DNA from: Calditrichia bacterium | GTDB taxonomy: Bacteria; Calditrichota; Calditrichia; RBG-13-44-9 | Assembly (NCBI GenBank): GCA_037381445.1 | Contig: JARRQT010000069.1 | Coordinates: 1-15,385 of the forward strand | Reading direction: 5' to 3' | DNA length: 15,385 nucleotides | In this document: piece by piece, positions 8,368-15,385 of the stretch | Position numbering within the stretch: the first letter of the stretch is position 1 | How the letters are laid out: every line of letters starts with the position of its first letter | The notes under the pieces: model-generated | Seen by the model: only the letters and a program-made list of their open reading frames with translations | What the model was told of the DNA's origin: nothing | Databases searched by the model: none | Position numbers and translations under genes: made by a program

Positions 8368-8562
8368 TACAGTTTTAGCTATTCTAATTTAATACTTTTT
8401 CTGAAAAAATCAAGAACCAAGTTTAATATTTTCAAATTAATGGATCGAACCTCCGGGCATTCACAAAGTATCCTCCAAATTTTTCCTCACAATATAATCG
8501 ACAAAATTTTTATCCAATTGACAGAAATCATAGAAAAATGGAATTCGGAGATACCAGTCGCT

Positions 8563-11250
8563 TTAAAAATTGTAGCCGATGGAAAAATACAATAAATCTC
8601 TGATGCCAACCAAGTGTCCATAGGCAAAGCGAATGGGCCCAAAAATTGAATTGACCGCAAGATATCCTCCCCAGCTGGTCAGGAAATCCGAACGGCGAAT
8701 GGTTTCTTCGGAGGTTTTCCAGGTTGCCCCCACATTGAAGTTGACTCCGGCATAAAGATCAAAAGGAAGGAACGCGTGGAAATTGTGTCTTATTTCCGTG
8801 TTCAAATGAATGATTTGACGGCCGAATTTCTCTCTGTCATAAAGACCGGGAAAGTCGAGCATTCCCCCCATCGTAAAAAATTCAGAGAAAGGCAGGGTCA
8901 GATCCGCGCTGCCCCCTTCAACCATGATGTGATAGTTGAAATTCCGCCAAATGGGATAATATCCTTCCAATGCGATATAAAATCGGGTAAATGCTTTTGA
9001 ACTTCCCAAAAAGCGCTGATTCCCCGTTTCCCAGAACCATCGATTATAAATTCCTTTATCCGGAAAGGGCAGCTTGTCTCTCTTGTCGACCACGGAACGG
9101 ACAGTCAGAGATCGAATACGGTAGCTGTCCCGATAGGGAAATACGGGATCGCCTGAATACACGCTGACCCCATCCCAACGGATTTCAGCCGATATGGAAC
9201 CCAATCTTTCTATCTGCTGTCCCAGCACGAATTGGGCACCCCGCCGTATGGTCTGATAATTTCCGGAGCGCACAAAATCCTGATAGTACCGGTCCCATCG
9301 TTCATTATATTGAAGCGAAAAGCGGTAAGTCAACAGGGTTCGAAACAACCGGACGCTGTATAGCTTCAGCTCCGCCCCCCGTTCCAACTCGCCAACCTCG
9401 CCGAAAAGCGAAGTCTTAATTTCCCTTCCCAGAAGGTTATCTTCTGCAAATTCCAGAAAAGCTTTCCCTTTTCTCTCCATAGAAGCATAGGCTCCCAACC
9501 GCATCAAAAAGAATTTCTTCTCTATGACCTTAAGGATCAGATCATTCACAGAATCCTTCCGTACCACATTGACCGTCACTTTGTCAAACAACCCGGTACT
9601 GTAGATATTCCGGATTCCTGCTACAGCCCGTTCCGCGTTAAAAATTCTTCCCTTTTTTAAAGGAAATTCACGTAAGATTACAAAATCCTTTGTTTTTCGG
9701 TTGCCTTCCACTATGACATTCCCGATGACGCCCTCATCAATGTCAATATCCAAACGCTGACCGGCACTATCATACCGAATCGCCAAAAAGCGGGCCAGTG
9801 AATAGCCTGCGTTAACAAACACCTGACGTAGAGAATCAAGATTGGGAAAAAGAAGATTATAATTCAGCGTTTCATTTAATGGAAGTTTGAAACTATTATT
9901 TAAAACAGAATCGGGTATCAGGTGACGGGTGTGGAATTCCACTTGCCTCACAATGGGATTTTCCTGTATATGAAATTCCACGGTGTATGCAGAGGGATCT
10001 CCCTTTAGCAGCACATAAGCATCGGCAATCAGTCCGGTTTGATAAAATGTATTCAAATCCTGAAATAAATCATATTGATAAAGGCTGGCCCCTTCCTGAG
10101 TAATGAGGCTTTGTGTCAGCACTGACAAGGGCGGCATTTGCAGCCCTGTTACTTTTATCTCCTTCACTTTGCCAAGGTATTCATTTTGTCCCCACAGATT
10201 GTGCTGACGGTCCTGGATCATCGCTTTTATGGTATCGATTTCCTGCAAAGTGGCTCTATATCCGCCATGCACCAAAGAGTCAATATTTGAAAAATCAAAT
10301 GCCCCGTGTTCACCAATTTGGGGACGAATCAGCACATCAGCCATCTTGCTGCTCTCCCTGGTGGGTTCACGCATCATAATGGTTGTTACCTGATCAGCGA
10401 TCTGCCAGGGCAATTTCAGTTGATCGGCTTCCCGCAGCGGGGAAGTGACATCGACCGCGATTGTCAAATCGGAATTCTCATGGATGGCGACATCAACCGG
10501 CAGATTATCACGGACCCCCCCATCGACCAACTCCATACCCTCCCACGGAACCGGTGCAAACAGAATGGGCGTGGCACTGCTGGCGCTGATCGCTTCTGCA
10601 AGATCTCCATGGGACAGAACCACCTTGCGGCCGCTGACCAAATCGGTAGCGACGGCACGGAAAGGTATCCGCAGATTATTAAAATCATTGGCTGCCTGAA
10701 AATTCGCTTTCAGCAACCGGGAATAGATGATATCAAAAATCTTCTGTCCCGTATTGATTGAAGAAGGAATATACGGTAAGCCCTTGTCAAACCGGACTTC
10801 CAGTATGTGCCGGCGTGGATTGGTTTTTTGCGCCCAAAACAAGTTGGTGCGATAATTATCGTCACTGAAGAAATTCTGCCACTCGATTCCTTTAATAATC
10901 TGAGCAAGTTGTTCGGCATTGTAACCCGCCGCATAAAATCCCCCGATAATGCTGCCCATGCTGGTACTGACCAGCAGATGGATGGGAATATTATTCTCTT
11001 CCAGCGCCTTTAAAACGCCAATATGAGCAAATCCGCGGGCCCCGCCGCCGCTTAACACCAGTCCGACTTTAAGCGTTTTGGGCGAATGATAGGTAAGATT
11101 CTTCAGGGGATATTGCATACCGGTTTCATAGCCGATTGTAATCTTTTTGACGAAAGTCGAATCTCCGGCAAACAGAGAGTGCCCGAGAAGAATAAATGGA
11201 AGCAAAAAACAGACAACGATTTTGCGGTTCAGACGCCAGACCTCTTTCAT
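8563..11250 (-). CDS. Patatin-like phospholipase fused to three POTRA domains and an Omp85 barrel (PlpD/type Vd-like)
   Basis: Signal peptide; LVLSGGGARGFAHIGVL oxyanion motif, STSMG nucleophile elbow, VDGG catalytic Asp; three POTRA-like repeats ending HIQENP, DIDEG and KVIEK; barrel ending SIFGPIRFAYG...YFSIGYNF. Confidence 0.92.
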   Translation of the reverse strand: MKEVWRLNRKIVVCFLLPFILLGHSLFAGDSTFVKKITIGYETGMQYPLKNLTYHSPKTLKVGLVLSGGGARGFAHIGVLKALEENNIPIHLLVSTSMGSIIGGFYAAGYNAEQLAQIIKGIEWQNFFSDDNYRTNLFWAQKTNPRRHILEVRFDKGLPYIPSSINTGQKIFDIIYSRLLKANFQAANDFNNLRIPFRAVATDLVSGRKVVLSHGDLAEAISASSATPILFAPVPWEGMELVDGGVRDNLPVDVAIHENSDLTIAVDVTSPLREADQLKLPWQIADQVTTIMMREPTRESSKMADVLIRPQIGEHGAFDFSNIDSLVHGGYRATLQEIDTIKAMIQDRQHNLWGQNEYLGKVKEIKVTGLQMPPLSVLTQSLITQEGASLYQYDLFQDLNTFYQTGLIADAYVLLKGDPSAYTVEFHIQENPIVRQVEFHTRHLIPDSVLNNSFKLPLNETLNYNLLFPNLDSLRQVFVNAGYSLARFLAIRYDSAGQRLDIDIDEGVIGNVIVEGNRKTKDFVILREFPLKKGRIFNAERAVAGIRNIYSTGLFDKVTVNVVRKDSVNDLILKVIEKKFFLMRLGAYASMERKGKAFLEFAEDNLLGREIKTSLFGEVGELERGAELKLYSVRLFRTLLTYRFSLQYNERWDRYYQDFVRSGNYQTIRRGAQFVLGQQIERLGSISAEIRWDGVSVYSGDPVFPYRDSYRIRSLTVRSVVDKRDKLPFPDKGIYNRWFWETGNQRFLGSSKAFTRFYIALEGYYPIWRNFNYHIMVEGGSADLTLPFSEFFTMGGMLDFPGLYDREKFGRQIIHLNTEIRHNFHAFLPFDLYAGVNFNVGATWKTSEETIRRSDFLTSWGGYLAVNSIFGPIRFAYGHLVGIRDLLYFSIGYNF

Positions 11251-11482
11251 AAAATCATAATAAATTTCAATATTTAAGTTAAAAAAATAATCGATAATTT
11301 GAAAGAGCTTTAAATGTTAGGAAATAAACTCTTCCGATGGATGTGGATTTTGCCCGAAAATAAAAGGAGGGATTCCGGATTCTCTGTTTTGGACCCGGGC
11401 AGCGACTTTATGTTGCCAACAGGCCTGACACAGAAGTGGTAGACTCTGTTCGTGGTATATCATGTCCAACTGCTGTCGACGA

Positions 11483-14400
11483 TCATTCGCTTGCTTGGGG
11501 CTCTGATTCCATCTGCCGGGAAAGCGTCTCAAAATACAGCTTGATTAATCTGCGGTATTCCGGCGAATAGCCCTCCTGCAATGCTTCCAGCAGTTCTTTG
11601 CGCAGTTTGTCCTCTTTTTGCAGCAAGTCCCGGCGCAGCTCTGGAGGAGATTTGGTCAGCATTTGCTTTTCACGTTCCGCTTCCCGCTTTTTGGAATATT
11701 CTTTCTCCCGGATCGACTTCTGTGCATCGAGCAATCGGGACAGGATCTTTTCCTGCCTCTGAATGACTTCGCGGTCAAGTTTTTGTTGTTTCAAATCTTT
11801 GATCACTTTTTCCATCTCGCCGCCAAGCTCCCCCAGCCGCCCCAGAATATCCCGGCGATTCTGGGTTTGGTTTGACAATTGCTCCATGGACTGCCGGATA
11901 GCTTCCTGCTGGGCAGCAAGCCGTCCCAGATCATCCTGCGAGAGTTGTAGGCGGCCCTGTTGCCCCTTCTTGAAAAGCCCCAGGCTCTGCTCGTTTAACT
12001 GTCCCTGCTGACCTGCCATTTGCTGTAGCTGCTGCATGAATTCCTGGAAACCAGAAGCTGAAGAAGACTGACCCATCTGTTTCATGGAATTTTGTAGTGA
12101 CATCAACGCCTGGTTCAATCCGGCCATGGCCTGCTTCTGGGAATTTGCTGCCTGGGAAGGATTCCGGTTCTCCAAATTTTCAATTGATTTATTCATATTT
12201 GAGACAATACTCTGCAAAACCTTGCTCATCTGAGGGGACATGAAAAAAGTCTTATTGGAAATATCAACCAGCTGCCCCGTTAACTGATGCATCGATTGCT
12301 GCAGACTGGCCTGCTGACGCGCAATATTGTTAATCTGGGAAGAAGCCGGGTTCAAATCCTGCGACCGGTCTGCCAGATCTTCCTGCTTGAATGATGTTTC
12401 GAGCATGTCCTGCATCGCTTTCTGCATGGCATCTGCTATTTCCTGCTTCTGCCGATCGGTCATATTCTGCCGGGCGGACTGGAGCATTGCCTGCAGCATC
12501 TCCATATTTGCCTTTATCTGCTCGCCGCTCTGCGAGGCCTGTTGTTGCTGACTATTCATCAATTGCTGCTGCATCTGCTGCATGGAATTTTGCAGGTCCT
12601 TATCCTGCATGAAGGATTTTGCCTCATTCAGCTTTTCCGACAGTTCCTGCATCAGCTTTTGGTATTCTTCGTTAGTTTCAGAAATTTTCTTATCCAGATA
12701 ATCGGTCTCTTCCCGGATATTTTTCTCTTTGTTTCCCAACTGATTGAGTTCTTCGGGCTTTTTATCTTCCGCCCCGAGCTTTTTATTGATTTCTTCCTGC
12801 TCCTGGCTGATTTTTTCCGCCAGATTCACCAGTTCATCCATTTTCTGCTCCAGTTTCACCCGCTGGAACAGTTCATAAGTCCGGGCGATATCCTTCTCAA
12901 ATTGCTCTACTGAAAATTGCAGACGCTCTACAGCCTTCTGAATTTGCTGCGGATCTGCTTTTTCCAGCGCCTGCTGTAATTTTTCCATGGCGTCTTTCAA
13001 TTCAGGAGAAGCCAGCTCCTGAAACATTTTTTGCAGCTCAGCATATTTCTCCAGTGTTTCAGGACTCAGCATCTTGCTCTGATCCAATTTCTGAACCACA
13101 TCCTCCAGATCTTTCTGAATCTCGGAAAGCTTTTCCATTGACTTCTTCTGCTTTTCAAGCTGTTCCTTTATCTCCTGTTTTCTTTCCCAATTGATATCAG
13201 TCTCTTTTTTCAGCTCCCGGTTAATATCTTCCAATTTTTTCCTCAATTCCTTGGTATTGCCAGCCATGTCCTTCACTTTATCAAGCTGGTCTTCCTGGTT
13301 GCGGGCAGTCTGATTCATCATATCCAAAAGAGAAGGAAGCCTGACTGTAAAAACCTGGGTTTTGTAGGATTTCGGGCCGCTGATGCGATCATTATCCATG
13401 ATTTCCACATAATATTGAATGTAATCATCGGGAATCATATAAAAAGCAGTCAGATCCCAGTTTTGTTCGCTGAAGGCCTTGCCCTTCTCAATCACTTTAT
13501 AGGGCAGTTTCATACTAAACTCGCTGGTGTCCCCCGTGGAACCCTGACGAATCAGTCTTCCCTGCAGAGTCAATGAATGAAAACCGAAATCATCTCTCAT
13601 CTCCACGAACAGGGGCAATCGCAGCTCATCGCCCAGATCCACATCACCCCCGGGCTGCCTGATCTCCGCAAAGGGATATTCATCCGCCAGAGGATAAATG
13701 CTGTATTCCACCGGCTGCCCATTGTCCACGCTGTCGGTATCGAAAATTTCAAAGCAGTAATTTCACCATCGTTCTGAAGTAATAGCTGCGCGGGAAGACC
13801 CGTATATTCAGGAGGCGTAATTTTTATTTGTAAGTTGCGCACTAAAGGTCGTTCTTTGATTAAAATTGTGCCCTTCTCTGAAACAGCAGGCCGCTTCCGA
13901 AAACGAGGCTGATCTATTTCAGCCATAAAGTAATATTTGAAAGGATTCCTAACGCTCCTGAACTGATACTGAAAATCTCCGGTCGCCGGGACCGACAGAG
14001 CAATTTTTTCTGCCGTATTTGTCTGCTCCTGCTCAGCCTTTGCTGTGGTATCTTCAACAACAATATATAACCGACTCGGCTTGATACCTTTGTAGCTGCC
14101 GCGTAATATAACAGAATTATTTTTTAGAACGGTGATGTCACCGGTTTGGTTTATTACCCGCGTGGGTAACGGCTCTTTAAAATTTACCCAGGGTATCATA
14201 ATTTTTTTAAATGCAGTGCCCATAGATGCTGGAAAAATTACCCATAAAACAGCAAATAGGACCAGGGCTGCAACCAGCGTCTGAATCTGCTTTCCAGCAC
14301 GGCTCGAATCAAATGTCTGGCGAAATGACAGGTTTGCAAACCTTTTATAGAGTTGTTCGAGAGCCATATTTTTGAGTATGGGCGAATTGCCGCTGGCACG

Positions 14401-14772
14401 GTTTTGATAAATCTGCACATAATTAATAAGCGCATCCCTGACTGAGGCATCGGTTTGTCCCAGACGGCTGGCGGTATTAAATATCTCGCTGCCGGAAGGC
14501 GAAAAAATTTCATGCAGGAGCGGCATTATTTTAATAACTGTGAAACCCGCCAACCAGATAATAAAACCGGATGCAAGAGCAAGTCGCAATGGTGTCGAGA
14601 TATCAAAAAGAAGATTGATGACCACGAATATTGCGACGACAGCAAGCGAGATCAGAAAAAAGCGAATAGAATTTGCACCAATTTTTCGAAAAAAATAGCT
14701 GCGATGGGCGAGAATAATCTGATGATATATCTGCTCATATTTCTGTTTTATCTCATTGCCCTGCATATACAC
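11483..14772 (-). pseudogene. DUF4175-like large membrane-anchored coiled-coil protein split by a frameshift or internal deletion near 13750 (real lesion or assembly error)
   Basis: The N-terminal ORF (three TM segments, ...ITPPEYTGLP...NDGEITALK) switches to the -1 frame (EIFDTDSVDNGQPVEYSIYPLADEYP...RDDFG...Q-rich coiled coil...SRLLDAQKSIRE...YRRLIKLYF). The halves join to about 1,096 aa. Start is probably ATG at 14766, preceded by AAGGTG. Confidence 0.78.
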
Positions 14773-14800
14773 CTTTTTAAGAAATGATTGATGAATACGA

Positions 14801-15385
14801 CTAATGGGTCAATGCCCAGACGAGTATGTTAGTTCCCATTTTCAGCGCACTCTCCCTGATATCGGCCGGGTCTCCATGAATATCGGCATCCTCACAACCG
14901 TCACTGATATCAGTATTGAAGGAATAAAAAACCACCATTTTGCCGCGGTATATCAGGGCCAGGCCGTGAGGCGGACCGCCTGCATGCTTATGGATTTTCG
15001 GCAGACCGTTCGGAAACTGGAATACCGTATGATAAATGGGATGAGAATAGGGCAGCTCGACCCACTCCAGATCCGGGAATACCCGTTTCATCTCCCTGCG
15101 AAAAGAGGGATCCATCCCGTAATCATCGTCGGCCCATAAAAAACCACCGCTGGTCAGGTAGGTTCGCAAACGTGCGATTTCATCTTCAGAGAATTTAATA
15201 TTTCCGTGACCAGCCATATAAATAATGGGATATTTGAAAAAATCCTTATCTGTTACTTCCACCGATACTTCCCGGTCCGCGGTCAGCATGTTTGTTTTTT
15301 CGCGGGCATAGCGGAACAGATTAACAAATGTCGTGCGGTTCCCATACCAGTCTCCCCCGCCTCCGTACTTGATTCTCGCGACCGT
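14801..15385 (-). CDS. DUF4159 domain-containing protein (5' end outside the window)
   Basis: The frame is open to the window edge, adding TVARIKYGGGGDWYGNRTTFVNLFRYAREKTN ahead of the ORF-track start. Family-typical YPIIYMAGHG, LRTYLTSGGFLWADDDYG, HPIYH, GLPKIHKH and ALKMGTNI. Confidence 0.9.
   Translation of the reverse strand, partial: TVARIKYGGGGDWYGNRTTFVNLFRYAREKTNMLTADREVSVEVTDKDFFKYPIIYMAGHGNIKFSEDEIARLRTYLTSGGFLWADDDYGMDPSFRREMKRVFPDLEWVELPYSHPIYHTVFQFPNGLPKIHKHAGGPPHGLALIYRGKMVVFYSFNTDISDGCEDADIHGDPADIRESALKMGTNILVWALTH

Noticed and set aside
8442..8456. tRNA T-loop-like GGAGGTTCGATCC on the minus strand
   Set aside because: The 3' side of the T stem does not pair and no cloverleaf or CCA end can be built.
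11310..11486. Possible 58-aa selenoprotein by reading through TGA at 11462-11460, with a hairpin 10 nt downstream
   Set aside because: The apical loop on the coding strand (CUACC) lacks the G typical of bacterial SECIS elements, and the peptide resembles no selenoprotein family I recognise.
11880..12660. CAG/CTG-rich repetitive DNA
   Set aside because: It reflects the Gln-rich coiled coil of the DUF4175-like protein; there is no fixed repeat unit or spacer structure, so it is neither a tandem array nor CRISPR.
13740..13765. Programmed -1 ribosomal frameshift in the DUF4175-like gene
   Set aside because: No in-frame X XXY YYZ slippery heptamer (codons are TTG AAA TTT TCG) and no obvious stimulatory structure.
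262..15139. Plus-strand ORFs and short nested minus-strand ORFs in the ORF track
   Set aside because: Nearly all overlap well-supported minus-strand genes and show no recognisable motifs; they are shadow ORFs.

Overview
A gene-dense bacterial chromosomal segment in which every credible gene is on the minus strand. The gene set suggests a diderm FCB-group organism such as Calditrichota (inference only). In transcription order: DUF4159 (5'-truncated by the window), a DUF4175-like coiled-coil gene broken by a frameshift or deletion near 13750, a patatin-3xPOTRA-Omp85 fusion, a small secreted FN3-like protein ending in TWGSIKALFR, an Mre11/SbcD-like nuclease with a Rad50/YhaN-like ATPase carrying a central transmembrane hairpin, an M23 peptidase, a Fur-family regulator, a two-POTRA Omp85 protein, and the start of an unannotated exported or membrane protein. 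I found no tRNA, rRNA, CRISPR array, integrase or transposase. The best leads are the TWGxIK tail as a possible sorting signal beside two Omp85 paralogues, the membrane-tethered Mre11-Rad50 pair, and the disrupted DUF4175 gene. All family calls come from motif recognition; no searches were run.
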